Shown: piece after piece, positions 12,993 to 31,056 of the stretch
Layout: the number at the start of each line of letters is the position of its first letter
Numbering within the stretch: position 1 is the first letter of the stretch
Assembly: GCF_003334335.1 (NCBI RefSeq)
Contig: NZ_QOWQ01000021.1
Reading direction: 5' to 3' (one strand)
Source of the DNA: Escherichia coli
GTDB taxonomy: Bacteria > Pseudomonadota > Gammaproteobacteria > Enterobacterales > Enterobacteriaceae
DNA: 64,000 bases
Notes under the pieces: model-generated
What the model saw: only the letters and a program-made list of their open reading frames with translations
Databases searched by the model: none
Told to the model about the DNA's origin: nothing
Translations under genes and position numbers: made by a program

Positions 12993-14594
12993 TCAGGATA
13001 CCACTGGCGCAATTTGTAACTGCGCCGACTCATGTCGTGCTACTTCATGTTCTTCAAGGGTAAATACCGCCACACGCGACGAAAGATGGTCGGCCTGATT
13101 CGCCAGTTGTTCCGTTGCCACCGCCGCTTCTTCTACCAGCGAGGCGTTCTGCTGAGTCACCTGATCCATCTGGCTGACAGCCTGTGCAACCTGCTCAATC
13201 CCCCGCTGTTGTTCTTCCGACGCAGAGGCAATTTCTCCCATAATGTCGTTCACGCGGGTCACCGAACTGACAATATCGATCATGGTCGCGGCGGCGTTAT
13301 TCACCAGTTTCGAACCCTGCTGGACACGATTGACTGACTCTTCGATCAGCCCTTTGATCTCTTTTGCTGCCTGCGCGCTACGGCTGGCAAGATTGCGCAC
13401 TTCACCTGCCACTACCGCAAAACCACGCCCCTGCTCTCCGGCGCGAGCCGCTTCCACTGCCGCATTCAGGGCCAGAATATTGGTCTGGAAAGCAATTCCG
13501 TCGATAACGCTGATAATGTCGCCAATTTTTTGCGAGCTGGTGGCGATCTCCTGCATGGTGTGAGTCATGGTACTGACCTGAACACCGCCCGCCTGCGCCG
13601 TTGTCGCGGCATTTTTTGCCAGTTCCGACGCCTGTCGTGCGTTATCGGCGTTTTGCCCTACCGTGGCGGTTAATTGCTCCATACTGGCGGCCGTTTGTGC
13701 CAGCGATGCCGCCTGCTGTTCGGTACGACTTGAGAGATCGTTATTGCCTGCGACAATCTCCGCGATCCCAATGTGCATCTCATGGCTTCCCTTACGCACA
13801 TCACTCACCGTCCCACGCAAAGCCTGCTGCATGGTCTTCAGGCTGGCAAAAATGGCGGTGATCTCATTACGACCATATACCGCAATCGGACGCGCCAGAT
13901 TACCCGCAGCAATGCTGTCAAAATGGCTACCAATAATGGCCAGTGGTTGAACAATCATCTTGCGCGTCCACCACAGCGCACTGCTGATGTAGATTGCCGC
14001 AACAATAATCATGCTGATAAACACCAGCGCCGAAATCTGATAGTTACGCTGACTTTGCGCACTGGCGGCTTCCAGCACATGGTTGATCTCCAGCTGCCAG
14101 GCCTCAAAGTTAACGTCAAACGCATTCTGTGATCCCTGCACCGGCGCAGTGAGGAAATCCGAAAGTTGATTACTTTCAAGCCAGGTCGCCTGATGTTCGA
14201 GATCGTTGTGCCAGCGGGCAAAACTTTTCTCCGTCTCTTTTTGCAATGCCCTGACGTGCTCGTTGCCCGCAGTCATCGCCATAAAACTTTTAAACAGCGT
14301 GGTGGATTGCGTCAGACTGGCGCGCGCCGTCGTCATCAACGTTTTAATGTCATCCGCCGGATAGCTAAGTGCCGTCAGAGTGCCCGCTTTGTTCAGCGCG
14401 GTACTGGCCTGTAACATTACCGCCCGAGTTTGCGCTAATGCCGCACGTTGCTGATTGCTCTGCTCGACCTGATTCAGTCGTTGCAAATCGTCGCGAAATG
14501 CCCAAAAAGACATGCCGTTACTGCCAATCTGCAAGATCCCGCAGAGAATCAAAATTAAAAACAGCGTGGTCGAAATTCGAATACGATTAAACAT
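12993..14594 (-). CDS. tap: methyl-accepting chemotaxis protein IV (dipeptide/pyrimidine sensor) Tap
   Basis: Track ORF 12993..14597; start at second Met (MFNRIRISTTLFLILILCG), 533 aa; HAMP and MCP signalling domain with methylation sites. Confidence 0.93.
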   Translation of the reverse strand: MFNRIRISTTLFLILILCGILQIGSNGMSFWAFRDDLQRLNQVEQSNQQRAALAQTRAVMLQASTALNKAGTLTALSYPADDIKTLMTTARASLTQSTTLFKSFMAMTAGNEHVRALQKETEKSFARWHNDLEHQATWLESNQLSDFLTAPVQGSQNAFDVNFEAWQLEINHVLEAASAQSQRNYQISALVFISMIIVAAIYISSALWWTRKMIVQPLAIIGSHFDSIAAGNLARPIAVYGRNEITAIFASLKTMQQALRGTVSDVRKGSHEMHIGIAEIVAGNNDLSSRTEQQAASLAQTAASMEQLTATVGQNADNARQASELAKNAATTAQAGGVQVSTMTHTMQEIATSSQKIGDIISVIDGIAFQTNILALNAAVEAARAGEQGRGFAVVAGEVRNLASRSAQAAKEIKGLIEESVNRVQQGSKLVNNAAATMIDIVSSVTRVNDIMGEIASASEEQQRGIEQVAQAVSQMDQVTQQNASLVEEAAVATEQLANQADHLSSRVAVFTLEEHEVARHESAQLQIAPVVS

Positions 14595-14639
14595 CAACGC
14601 TCCCCATCAGGCGGCAATGACCGCGTTAGTAAATACTCG

Positions 14640-16301
14640 TCAAAATGTTTCCCAGTTTGGATCTTGTTCAGCAATTCGCAGTCGTGGCTGTGCCGGTGGT
14701 TGCTCACTGGCAGGACGGGATGGTGTTTGCGGTTTATTGGTGAGTGGGCTGGCTGCCAGACGGAACGCGGAAACCGCTTGCGTTAAACGACTCGCCTGTT
14801 CTTCCAGCGCAGCGGCGGCGGCAGCTGATTCCTGCACCAGCGATGCGTTCTGTTGCGTGACGCGATCCATTTCCGAAACCGCCAATGCGACTTGATCGAT
14901 GCCACGGCTCTGTTCATCCGATGCCGATGCAATCTCGCCCATAATGTCAGTCACGCGAGTGACAGCATTGACGATATTGTTCATTGTTTCCCCGGCGCTT
15001 TCGACCAGCACCGAACCGGTATCAACGCGTGAGACGGAGTCTTCAATGAGGGCTTTGATCTCTTTTGCCGCCTGGGCGCTGCGACTGGCAAGATTACGCA
15101 CTTCACCCGCCACCACGGCAAAACCACGGCCCTGTTCACCCGCACGCGCGGCTTCAACCGCGGCATTCAGCGCGAGGATATTAGTCTGGAAGGCAATACC
15201 GTCGATAACGCTGATAATGTCGGCAATTTTCTTCGAACTATCGGCGATCTCATGCATCGTTTTCACTACGCCATCCACCACTTTGCCGCCGTGCTGGGCG
15301 GTGTCGGAGGCACTTTGCGCCAGTTGCGAGGCCTGGCGGGCGTTATCGGCGTTTTGCTTCACTGTCGCGGTGAGCTGCTCCATGCTGGCGGCAGTTTCTT
15401 CCAGCGCGGATGCCTGCTGTTCAGTACGGGAGGAAAGATCGGTGTTGCCCGCCGCAATTTCACGGGTACCGGCATAGATGGCATCTGAACCTTCGCGGAC
15501 ATGAGTGACGGTGTCAGTCAAAGAGCGTTGCATATGTGAAACGCTCTGCGCCAGGTCGCCCATTTCACTGCGCCCGTCAATGGTCAGGGTATTCGCCAGG
15601 TTACCACCGGCGATTTCGCGAATGTGAGCAATAATTTTTGCCAGCGGAGTAAGCAACATACGGCGAATGCCGTACCACGCCACCAGCAGAATCAATACCA
15701 CCACCAGCGCGATAACCGCCAGTTGCCACTGGGCAAATCGGTAATCATCTGCGTTGTCAGTGACGATATCGCGATACAGTTTTTCACTGCTGAGGGCGTA
15801 CTGAGCAAACGCTTCGCCCATTGCATTTTGCATTCCCTGGGTTGGCTGAGCGAAATAAGCTCCAGTATTGCCATAATCTAGATAATCAATCAGTTCAGTT
15901 AACGCTGTGTAATAGTTTTTATATTTTTCATCAATATTACGACTGGTAGCGACCATTTCAGGTAACGGTGCCATGCTTTTGAATTTTTTATAATGCGTCG
16001 CTGCCTGCGCCAATGTTTTCCTGGCGCTATCGAGCAATTCAACTTTGGCGTTACTTTGTTGATTGGAGGAATCCATCATCATCCGTACCGCTGAACGACT
16101 CAGGTTAATGCGCGTTTGCAGCATTAAATCCCAGGTTGACGTCAGCTCGCCCTGCTGTTCCCGTAATTGATTGGAAACCACAAAGCTCTTCTGGCTATGG
16201 TGAAGGGAAGAAAAAAACAGACTGCCGGAAATAAGCTGTAACAGTGCGAATACCCCCAGCACCATTACCAACAGCGTGACTACGCGGATACGGTTAATCA
16301 T
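14640..16301 (-). CDS. tar: methyl-accepting chemotaxis protein II (aspartate/maltose sensor) Tar
   Basis: Track ORF 14640..16322 has a 7-codon extension; the Tar start [18 protein letters not shown] gives 553 aa; C-terminal NWETF pentapeptide present. Confidence 0.94.
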   Translation of the reverse strand: MINRIRVVTLLVMVLGVFALLQLISGSLFFSSLHHSQKSFVVSNQLREQQGELTSTWDLMLQTRINLSRSAVRMMMDSSNQQSNAKVELLDSARKTLAQAATHYKKFKSMAPLPEMVATSRNIDEKYKNYYTALTELIDYLDYGNTGAYFAQPTQGMQNAMGEAFAQYALSSEKLYRDIVTDNADDYRFAQWQLAVIALVVVLILLVAWYGIRRMLLTPLAKIIAHIREIAGGNLANTLTIDGRSEMGDLAQSVSHMQRSLTDTVTHVREGSDAIYAGTREIAAGNTDLSSRTEQQASALEETAASMEQLTATVKQNADNARQASQLAQSASDTAQHGGKVVDGVVKTMHEIADSSKKIADIISVIDGIAFQTNILALNAAVEAARAGEQGRGFAVVAGEVRNLASRSAQAAKEIKALIEDSVSRVDTGSVLVESAGETMNNIVNAVTRVTDIMGEIASASDEQSRGIDQVALAVSEMDRVTQQNASLVQESAAAAAALEEQASRLTQAVSAFRLAASPLTNKPQTPSRPASEQPPAQPRLRIAEQDPNWETF

Positions 16302-16332
16302 AAGGCACCTTCCTGAAAACAAGTTGATCTCG

Positions 16333-16362
16333 TTATCGGCAAGAAGGGGGGAAACTTTATTG
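16333..16362 (-). promoter_or_regulatory. sigma-28 (FliA) class 3 promoter upstream of tar
   Basis: Reverse strand reads TAAAGTTT-N11-GCCGATAA, matching the sigma-28 consensus TAAA-N15-GCCGATAA, roughly 35-60 nt upstream of the tar start. Confidence 0.75.
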
Positions 16363-16445
16363 CTGATGCCACCCGCCGCGAAATTGAAATAAAAAACCCG
16401 ATGCGCAGATCATCGGGTTCATTTCAATTGAGGAAATCGGGAGAA

Positions 16446-16949
16446 TTACGCCACTTCTGACGCCGCGCTATCTAACAGCGCCATCTCTTCGCTGTTCAGC
16501 AGTTTTTCGATGTTCACCAGAATCAACATACGGTCGCCCAGTGCGCCCAGTCCAGTGAGATATTCTGTTGAAAGCGTCACGGCAAATTCTGGTGCCGGAC
16601 GAATTTGCTCCGCCGTCAATGAAAGCACGTCTGAAACGCCGTCAACCACGATGCCAACCACCCGTTGTCCGAGATTCAGGACGATAACTACCGTGTTGTC
16701 GTTATAGTCCACATCCACCTGGCTGAACTTAATTCGTAAGTCAACAATCGGCACAATAACCCCGCGCAGATTCGTGACGCCTTTGATAAACGCTGGCGTG
16801 TTCGCAATCCGTGTTACCTGATCGTAGCCACGGATCTCCTGCACTTTCAGGATATCAATACCGTACTCTTCATCACCAAGGGTAAATACCAGAAATTCCT
16901 GGCCTGACGGCTCGCTGGCCAGCTTTGTTACATTCGTCATACCGGTCAT
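16446..16949 (-). CDS. cheW: chemotaxis coupling protein CheW
   Basis: 167 aa [42 protein letters not shown]... Confidence 0.97.
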
Positions 16950-16969
16950 ATTGTTACCTTTTTACTCAT

Positions 16970-19861
<2,892 letters not shown>

Positions 19862-19865
<4 letters not shown>

Positions 19866-20749
19866 GCTTCCTCGGTTGTCGTCTGTTGTTGCGGATTTTT
19901 CACCGCACGCACATGCTCTTCCAGTTCAATAAACGACGGACGTTCGCTGGAATAGAGCGTTTTGCGACCAAACTCAACGGCGATAGGCGGTGCGTAACCG
20001 TTCAGATTAGAAAGCAGAGTGACTTTGACGCACTGCATCATTTTGCTGGTTTCGGCGCTTTTCTGACGTAAAACACTCGCTAATGGGGAAATAAATCCGT
20101 AAGCCAATAAAATGCCGAGGAAAGTCCCCACCATCGCATGTGCGATAAGCGCACCCAGCTCGGCGGCAGGACGATCGGCTGAACCTAACGCGTGAACGAC
20201 CCCCATTACAGCCGCGACAATACCAAACGCCGGAAGTGAGTCCCCGACCAGCGCCAGACTGTTCGCCGGGACTTCTGCCTCGCTTTCGTGCGTCTCAATC
20301 TCTTCATCCATCAGGGCTTCGATTTCGAAGGTGTTCATATGACCGCTGATAATCAGACGCAGATAATCGACGATAAAATCAAGCATGACGCTATCCGCGA
20401 GGATGCGTGGGTAGCTGGCGAAGATCTCGCTCTCACGGGGATTTTCAATATCACGTTCCAGCGAAAACATCCCCATCTGCCGCGATTTCGCCATCAACCG
20501 ATAAAGCAGAGCCAGCAGATCCATATACATTGCTTTGGTGTATTTGGAGCGACGAAACAGCAACGGCAGCGCCTTCAGCGTGCCTTTAATCGCTTTGCCA
20601 TTATTGCCGACGATAAACGACCCAATCCCTGCACCGGCAATAATCACCAGTTCAGCGGGTTGATAGAGTGCTCCAAGGCTTCCACCGGTCATCAAATAAC
20701 CGCCGAAAACTGTACCGAGAACAACCAGGTAACCTAATAAGATAAGCAC
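19862..20749 (-). CDS. motA: flagellar motor stator protein MotA
   Basis: 295 aa, four TM segments, (V/M)[17 protein letters not shown]-terminus. Confidence 0.96.
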
Positions 20750-20817
20750 GACATCATCCTTCCACTGTTGACCATGACAGGATGTTCAGTCGTCAGGCGT
20801 TAACGCGCGATTGGGGC

Positions 20818-20850
20818 AAAAAAAAGCAGCGGTACGTCGTTACCGCTGCT
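20818..20850 (-). terminator. rho-independent terminator after flhC
   Basis: Perfect inverted repeat gcagcggta...taccgctgc preceded on + by A8 (T-run on the - strand), about 30 nt downstream of the flhC stop. Confidence 0.75.
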
Positions 20851-20875
20851 GGAATGTTGCGCCTCACCGTATCAG

Positions 20876-21454
20876 TTAAACAGCCTGTACTCTCTGTTCA
20901 TCCAGCAGTTGTGGGATAATATCGGCAGGATTCTGGGAAAGTTTACGTCTTTTTACTGCCCGGGATGGCGGTTGACATAAGCTGCAGGCAAAGCTGCCAA
21001 CAGGCTGGTGAGCGTGGGTAATAAAATTGCCGCCGCAGCAGTTGCAGCTGGAAAGTTGCAGTAATCCACTTTCAACAAACCGCACCAATGTCCAGGCACG
21101 GGTTAATGCCAGCAGTGGTCCTTCTTCTGCTTGTGGGCACTGTTCAAGGTATAAACGGTAGGCTTTGATCACCGCATCGACGCCATTACACAAACCGGTT
21201 TTCAGTAAAAACTGCCATGCATTACAGAACATCGAAGCATGAACGTTTTGTTCCCAGGTCATAAACCAGTCGGTTGAGAATGGCAGCATGCCTTTCGGCG
21301 GTGGGCTTCCGCGCAGTTCTTTATAAAGTTTTATCAGGCGTCCGCGACTTAACTGTGTTTCGCTTTCCAGCATCTGCAAACGAGCGCCCAGGGTGATCAA
21401 TTCCATTGCCAGCTGAATATCCCGCGCTTCCTGAACAATGCTTTTTTCACTCAT
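20876..21454 (-). CDS. flhC: flagellar master regulator subunit FlhC
   Basis: 192 aa [30 protein letters not shown]... with zinc-binding cysteines. Confidence 0.97.
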
Positions 21455-21456
21455 GA

Positions 21457-21807
21457 TCAGGCCCTTTTCTTGCGCAGCGCTTCTTCAGGCTGATTAACAT
21501 CATTCAGCAAGCGTGTTGAGAGCATGATGCCGGTATGAATTTGCTGGAGATCGTCAACGCGGGAATCTTGCGTCAACTGAGTAATCGTCTGGTGGCTGTC
21601 AAAACGGAAGTGACAAACCAGTTGATTGGTTTCTGCCAGCTTAACCATTTGCGGAAGAGTCAGTGCCGCTAACGTTGTCGCCATTTCTTCATTTATGCCG
21701 AGACGAAACATAGCGGACGCTTTGTCCTGAACAATCAAACGCTGTGCAAGTAGTAAATATGACAAGTTGATGTCATAAATGTGTTTCAGCAACTCGGAGG
21801 TATGCAT
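21457..21807 (-). CDS. flhD: flagellar master regulator subunit FlhD
   Basis: Track ORF 21457..21816; conserved start [19 protein letters not shown] gives 116 aa. Confidence 0.95.
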
Positions 21808-22587
21808 TATTCCCACCCAGAATAACCAACTTTATTTTTATGCGGTTTCACCGCACCCCGTGATGTCGCCGGGAAGCCCCGGTAAAAAATAATTAGCATT
21901 AGAATAGTTGCGATAAGCTGCAATAAGCAGAACCACCTTTTTTGGTTTAATATGTCCTTACAAATAGAAATGGGTCTTTACACTTATCTAAGATTTTTCC
22001 TAAATCGACGCAACTGTACTCGTCACTACACGCACATACAACGGAGGGGGGCTGCGATTTTCAATAATGTGTGATGCAGATCACACAAAACACTCAATTA
22101 CTTAACATAAATGTATAAGTCATACTTTTGTTTTGGGTGTATTTCAATCTGTTAAAAAGTTTTTCGCTACGCTAGCAAGCAAAAATGAAACAGGAATAAT
22201 CGAAATGGGATGCTGCGCACAGTTAAAATAACTCACCGTAAATAATCATCTGCTATAAATAATCACTTTCATGCAATACCAGATAAGCTATTTTTAAACA
22301 GACACTTACCGCACAACAAACTAATTAAATACAAAGAAAGGCAACAATCAACTTAATGTTAATGAAATGTTTTACATATATTAACCACTTATTTAATGCG
22401 GAGAATCAGTACACTATTTTCTTATAATTACATTTGAAATTATATGATCACCGGGAGTGATTGATTAATTGTCTTTACTAATAATCAGACTAATATTTAC
22501 CTGTTTGACCGAGTTGGGATTGCGTCGTTTCTCCATTAGGAGTAAAGCTTTAATGTCACCTGAAGTTCACAGAATAAGGAACAGGTT
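21808..22587. promoter_or_regulatory. flhDC / uspC divergent control region (long AT-rich leader and promoter)
   Basis: About 780 bp AT-rich intergenic region upstream of flhD with no ORFs; individual binding sites not resolved. Confidence 0.6.
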
Positions 22588-23016
22588 ATGAGCTATAGCA
22601 ATATTCTTGTCGCTGTTGCGGTTACACCGGAAAGTCAGCAACTGCTGGCAAAAGCGGTATCTATCGCCAGGCCAGTAAAGGGACACATCAGTTTAATTAC
22701 TCTCGCTTCCGACCCGGAAATGTACAATCAATTAGCCGCGCCGATGCTTGAAGATTTACGCAGCGTGATGCAAGAAGAAACGCAAAGCTTTCTTGATAAG
22801 TTAATTCAGGATGCGGGGTATCCCGTTGACAAGACGTTTATTGCCTACGGTGAGTTAAGCGAACATATTCTGGAAGTATGTCACAAACATCATTTCGATT
22901 TGGTGATTTGCGGTAATCACAATCACAGTTTCTTTTCGCGAGCATCCTGCTCGGCGAAAAGAGTGATTGCCTCAAGTGAGGTCGATGTGCTGTTAGTTCC
23001 ACTTACGGGTGATTAA
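22588..23016 (+). CDS. uspC: universal stress protein C
   Basis: 142 aa UspA-family ORF MSYSNILVAVAVTPESQQLLAKAVSIARPV... Confidence 0.92.
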   Translation: MSYSNILVAVAVTPESQQLLAKAVSIARPVKGHISLITLASDPEMYNQLAAPMLEDLRSVMQEETQSFLDKLIQDAGYPVDKTFIAYGELSEHILEVCHKHHFDLVICGNHNHSFFSRASCSAKRVIASSEVDVLLVPLTGD

Positions 23017-23022
23017 CCGCTC

Positions 23023-26375
<3,353 letters not shown>

Positions 26376-26389
26376 CATACTCTCCTTAC

Positions 26390-27904
26390 TCAGGCAACTG
26401 CCTGGCTGACTTTAGGCATCGCAAGGCTCAGTGCCTGACGCTCATCTGCCTGCTCGTGTAACAATTCACCGGCGATTTCACCTTCCCGCATCACCACAAT
26501 CCGGTCGGCAACGCCGAGGACTTCAGGTAAGTCGCTGGAGGCAAACAGCACCGCCACACCCTGCGCCGCCAGCGCATAAATTACGTTATATATTTCGTGC
26601 TTAGCACCAACATCAATGCCGCGCGTAGGTTCATCCAGCAAAATGACCTTCATCTCTTCCGATAACCAGCGGCCCAGAATGGCTTTTTGCTGATTTCCGC
26701 CTGAGAGATTCATGATCAGTTGCTCAGCGCCCGGCGTTTTGATGTTGAGCGAACGAATGTGGTGATCGGCATTGTTTTCTTCCCAACCGTTGTTGATTAC
26801 ACAACCGCCGAGCACATGTTTACGTCTGGCACTGATGTTGATATTGTCGCGAACGGAGTGCACGGGAATAATGCCTTCCGCTTTGCGATCTTCCGGGCAG
26901 AGCATCATGCCTGCGGCAATGGCGTGGCTCGGTTTACGAATATCGATCGGCTGTTGGTCGATATAAACCTGACCGGCGGTGATTTGCGTCCCGCCAAACA
27001 AGCCTTTCATTAATTCGCTACGCCCCGCCCCTACCAGACCAAACAGCCCAACAATTTCACCACTGCGAACCGCCAGACTTATTGGCGTACGCACGCCTGG
27101 TGCTTTCACAGCATCAAGACGCAGGCGCTCCTCGCCATAACTACGAGGTTGCCAGCCGTAGATATCGCCAATGTCGCGCCCGACCATCGCCTGCACCAGC
27201 GCGTCGTGGTCAACCTGCTGCATATCGGTAAAGGTTTTGACATAACGTCCATCTTTAAAGACAGTGATGGCATCGCTGAGGGCAAATATTTCTTCCATAC
27301 GGTGAGAAACGTATAAGATCACCCGCCCCTCTTTTCGCAGTTCACGAATAACGCGGAAAAGATTGTCGATTTCGCGGGCAGAAAGGGAGCTGGTTGGCTC
27401 ATCAAAGGCGATAATTTTAGCGTTACGCGCCAGCGCCTTGGCGATTTCAACCATCTGCCACTGACCAATGGAGAGATATTTCAGCGGCGTGTCCGGGTCA
27501 ATATCCATACCAAGATGTTTAAGTTGTAAACCCGCCTCATAATTCAGCAATGAGCGATTCACAATGCCGCCTTTATGCGGCAGCTGGCCGAGATAGATGT
27601 TTTCCGCGACGGTCATTTCCGGCACGAGATGCAGTTCCTGGTAAATAATCGCCACACCCGCGTTAAGTGCTGCGGTCGTGTCGGAAAAGGACATTTCCTG
27701 CCCATTAATCACTACAGAACCCGTGGTTGGCGCATAGTTGCCGCTGAGGATTTTTAAGAGAGTTGATTTTCCTGCGCCATTTTCACCCATCAACGCATGA
27801 ACCTGACCGGCATAGCAGTCAAAACTAATATCCGTCAGCGCCTTAACGCCGGGAAACGTTTTACCGATGCCGCGAAATGAGAGATACGGGGTAGACTGTT
27901 GCAT
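26390..27904 (-). CDS. araG: arabinose ABC transporter ATP-binding protein AraG
   Basis: Track ORF 26390..27949; start [19 protein letters not shown] gives 504 aa; two Walker A motifs ([16 protein letters not shown]). Confidence 0.94.
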   Translation of the reverse strand: MQQSTPYLSFRGIGKTFPGVKALTDISFDCYAGQVHALMGENGAGKSTLLKILSGNYAPTTGSVVINGQEMSFSDTTAALNAGVAIIYQELHLVPEMTVAENIYLGQLPHKGGIVNRSLLNYEAGLQLKHLGMDIDPDTPLKYLSIGQWQMVEIAKALARNAKIIAFDEPTSSLSAREIDNLFRVIRELRKEGRVILYVSHRMEEIFALSDAITVFKDGRYVKTFTDMQQVDHDALVQAMVGRDIGDIYGWQPRSYGEERLRLDAVKAPGVRTPISLAVRSGEIVGLFGLVGAGRSELMKGLFGGTQITAGQVYIDQQPIDIRKPSHAIAAGMMLCPEDRKAEGIIPVHSVRDNINISARRKHVLGGCVINNGWEENNADHHIRSLNIKTPGAEQLIMNLSGGNQQKAILGRWLSEEMKVILLDEPTRGIDVGAKHEIYNVIYALAAQGVAVLFASSDLPEVLGVADRIVVMREGEIAGELLHEQADERQALSLAMPKVSQAVA

Positions 27905-27973
27905 AACGTCTCCGTGAATCACTGGTCGTTCACACCCCCTCTGCATCATGCAGAGGGGAATTTTTCCGGCAAA

Positions 27974-28963
27974 TTACTTACCGCCTAAACCTTTTTTCTC
28001 CAGTTCTTCTTTAAAGTTGTCACGCGTGATCAGCACCACGTCGGTAACTTCGGTAAATTTTGGCGGTTCAACGTCTTTTGCTACCCAGTTGTAAAGCATT
28101 TCGCTGGATTTATAGCCATGTACGTCCGGGCTTGGCAGCAGGGAACCGTAGAAGCCGGTTGCCTGTGCTTTAGACAGTTCGCTCACCGCATCCACACCGT
28201 TAATGCCAATGCCGATGATATCGGCAGCTTTAAAGCCCTGACCTTCCGTCGCGCGTACGCCGCCCAGCACGGTGCTGTCGTTCATACCGACGATCAGCCA
28301 ATGTTTAACTTCCGGATGTTGAACCAGCATTGAGTTGGCAGCGTCAAATGCCCCCGGGATGTCGTTAGATTTGGTAGGTACCTGATAAATTTGTTTTTCC
28401 GGGAATCCGGCCGCTTTCAGCGCATCCATAGAACCCGTTGTACGGCGACGTGCCGTATCCAGTTCGTTGGCGGTAATCGCCATCACCGCGCTTTCTTTGA
28501 CATCCCAGCCACGTTTCTGCATCTCTTTATACAGTTCCTGACCCTGACGTTCGCCAATTTTAGTCGCCGCCATCATCACCAGCGGAACGGTATCCATTGG
28601 CTTACCTTTGGCGTTAACAAACTGGTCATCCACGGCAATGACTTTCATATCGTAGCCACGCGCTTTCGCGACGATGGCAGAGCCGAGTTTGGGGTCCGGA
28701 GTACAAATAACGAAACCTTTTGCGCCACTGGCAGCCAGGCTGTCGATCGCGTTCAATGTTTTTTCGCCATCCGGCACGGCAATCTTAATAACCTCAAACC
28801 CTAAATCCTTCCCGGCTTTATCGGCAAACTTCCATTCGGTCTGGAACCACGGCTCTTCCGGTTGCTTCACCAGGAAACCGAGCTTCAGGTTCTCCGCCAT
28901 AGCGGATTGTGACATAACGGCTGCCAGACCAATGGCTGCCAGGGCTTTAGTAAATTTGTGCAT
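27974..28963 (-). CDS. araF: arabinose-binding periplasmic protein AraF
   Basis: Track ORF 27974..29014; start MHKFTKALAAIGLAAVMSQSAMA (signal peptide) gives 329 aa. Confidence 0.94.
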   Translation of the reverse strand: MHKFTKALAAIGLAAVMSQSAMAENLKLGFLVKQPEEPWFQTEWKFADKAGKDLGFEVIKIAVPDGEKTLNAIDSLAASGAKGFVICTPDPKLGSAIVAKARGYDMKVIAVDDQFVNAKGKPMDTVPLVMMAATKIGERQGQELYKEMQKRGWDVKESAVMAITANELDTARRRTTGSMDALKAAGFPEKQIYQVPTKSNDIPGAFDAANSMLVQHPEVKHWLIVGMNDSTVLGGVRATEGQGFKAADIIGIGINGVDAVSELSKAQATGFYGSLLPSPDVHGYKSSEMLYNWVAKDVEPPKFTEVTDVVLITRDNFKEELEKKGLGGK

Positions 28964-29759
28964 GGTTCTCTCCAGCTTTAGTGTCGTTTTGTGTAGGGCA
29001 AAAACGAATGACATTCGTTAAATTAATCGGAAAACAAAGCATTACCTTTTAACTAAAAGATAAGTGACTGTGTTGACATAGTTTTAGCGAGAAATTAATT
29101 CTCCATAGGAGAGCAATATCACATCGCAGAATTACAGTGAGAACGTGCATAAATTTAGCGGGAAAAGACATAAGGGAAAGCCAATTTGTCAGACAAATTG
29201 TCGAATGCACAGCAGATTAATCCATAAGATTAGCCTGGAAATCCTTGTTGTCTTTGGTACCCATGCGGGATGTCTTCTTTTTAACCAGTCAATAGGCCGC
29301 ATTACCTGGCGTTGAGTTTTTGAAATGGTGTAATAACCACAACTCAAAGATGTGGAAAATGCGCGTCATTCATTTCGCCATTAATTATCACCGTGCTCAT
29401 TAATTAACAGAACACGTATAATGAGAGCCATCTCGCAAAAATGAAAAAACGTTTTATAAAATCATCATTTCATCATGAATTCAAATTAATCGTTTAATAT
29501 CAACAAGATACAAAAAGCACTATCATTAAAATTCATTGCAGTTACATTGATTTCATCAATGAAATGTAAAAATATATAAACTTGATGATTTAAGCATTTT
29601 CTTATACCCGTTCAGACGTTATTCTTATTTCAGATCATCGTCAGAATTGACTCCACGATCACATTTCGGACCGGCAGAAAGGAATTATTCTGCAAACAGT
29701 AATTATGGTGTTTTGATTTATCTTGCACCTCTCCACTTCTGGATATAAGGATATTAGGT
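28964..29759. promoter_or_regulatory. araFGH promoter / ftnB upstream intergenic region
   Basis: About 800 bp non-coding, AT-rich region between divergent araF and ftnB; AraC/CRP sites expected from the literature but not pinpointed here. Confidence 0.5.
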
Positions 29760-30263
29760 ATGGCAACCGCTGGAATGCTTCTCAAACTCAACTCTCAAAT
29801 GAACCGCGAGTTTTACGCATCCAATCTCTACCTTCACCTGAGTAACTGGTGTTCTGAACAGAGTCTGAACGGCACCGCCACTTTCCTTCGCGCCCAGGCA
29901 CAGAGTAATGTGACCCAAATGATGCGCATGTTTAACTTTATGAAGAGTGTCGGCGCTACCCCCATCGTTAAAGCCATTGATGTTCCCGGTGAAAAACTGA
30001 ACTCTCTGGAAGAACTGTTCCAAAAAACGATGGAAGAATACGAGCAACGTTCAAGCACGCTGGCGCAGTTAGCCGATGAAGCGAAAGAACTGAATGATGA
30101 TTCAACCGTCAATTTCCTGCGCGATCTTGAAAAAGAACAGCAGCATGATGGCCTGTTGCTGCAAACCATTCTTGATGAAGTGCGCAGTGCGAAACTTGCG
30201 GGTATGTGCCCTGTGCAGACCGACCAACATGTTCTGAATGTCGTGTCACACCAGCTGCATTGA
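29760..30263 (+). CDS. ftnB: ferritin-like protein FtnB
   Basis: 167 aa [41 protein letters not shown]... Confidence 0.93.
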   Translation: MATAGMLLKLNSQMNREFYASNLYLHLSNWCSEQSLNGTATFLRAQAQSNVTQMMRMFNFMKSVGATPIVKAIDVPGEKLNSLEELFQKTMEEYEQRSSTLAQLADEAKELNDDSTVNFLRDLEKEQQHDGLLLQTILDEVRSAKLAGMCPVQTDQHVLNVVSHQLH

Positions 30264-30341
30264 TCATCATCGGCGCTAATGCATTGCGCCGATGAAGGTT
30301 TTGAGAAACCGCTGCCTCATCTGTTTGAAGCAGCGGTTTTT

Positions 30342-30593
30342 TTAATGGGATTCACCCTGTGGGGTAAACTTGAGTTCAATAAGCGCGATGGCTTTTTGGA
30401 TTGCCCGCATGGTGACCGGGTCTGCGGCGGCGGGATGGTTAGTAAAGTCGATATTCTTCAGCTGACTGGACATTTTTTCACGAACTTCAACGGGCGCGAT
30501 TACATCGAGAACATCCAGAATTTGTTTGATAACCAACTGGCAAGCAACCACATCAGAAACCAATTCCTGATCGGCATTCAGCGGCTGGGACAT
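30342..30593 (-). CDS. yecJ: YecJ (DUF2766 family)
   Basis: 83 aa [30 protein letters not shown]... in the conserved position after ftnB. Confidence 0.85.
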
Positions 30594-30680
30594 CGTAAAC
30601 TCCTGATAGCATTTTGAAAGCCGTTATAGTAGCGACTTCACATCTTCAGCGATAGTCACATCCACCGTCATCAGGACACA

Positions 30681-30706
30681 AAAAAACCTGCCGGAGCAGG
30701 TTTTTT
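30681..30706 (-). terminator. hairpin terminator downstream of azuC
   Basis: aaaaaacctgccggagcaggtttttt: stem cctgc/gcagg flanked by A-run and T-run, so it could act in both directions. Confidence 0.6.
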
Positions 30707-30707
30707 G

Positions 30708-30794
30708 TTATCGGAACATATTGCCTGGCGGTACGTCTTTGAACGTCTTGCAATAGTTATTGAACATACTTTTCAGGATTTTGCGCAGTTTCAT
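30708..30794 (-). CDS. azuC: small protein AzuC (28 aa)
   Basis: Reverse strand reads ATG AAA CTG CGC AAA ATC CTG AAA AGT ATG TTC AAT AAC TAT TGC AAG ACG TTC AAA GAC GTA CCG CCA GGC AAT ATG TTC CGA TAA = MKLRKILKSMFNNYCKTFKDVPPGNMFR; below the ORF-track length cutoff. Coordinates by manual count. Confidence 0.85.
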   Translation of the reverse strand: MKLRKILKSMFNNYCKTFKDVPPGNMFR

Positions 30795-31056
30795 CGCGGC
30801 ACTCCGACCATTTGTTATACAGGTGTTATTGTCTTTGCGCTTATAATATGACAACCATCACAAAAATCAATCTTTATGTGATACAAATCACATAAATACC
30901 CCTTTAATGTTATAAAAATGATAATCAAAAAACAGCCCCCCTATTTCTGACACCTACAGATGGCAAGAAATAGCGCCTGCCAGGCGTCTTTTCCGGCCAT
31001 TGTCGCAGCACTGTAACGCGTAAAATAGTGCTTTCTCTTACTCTTCTGGCTGGACC

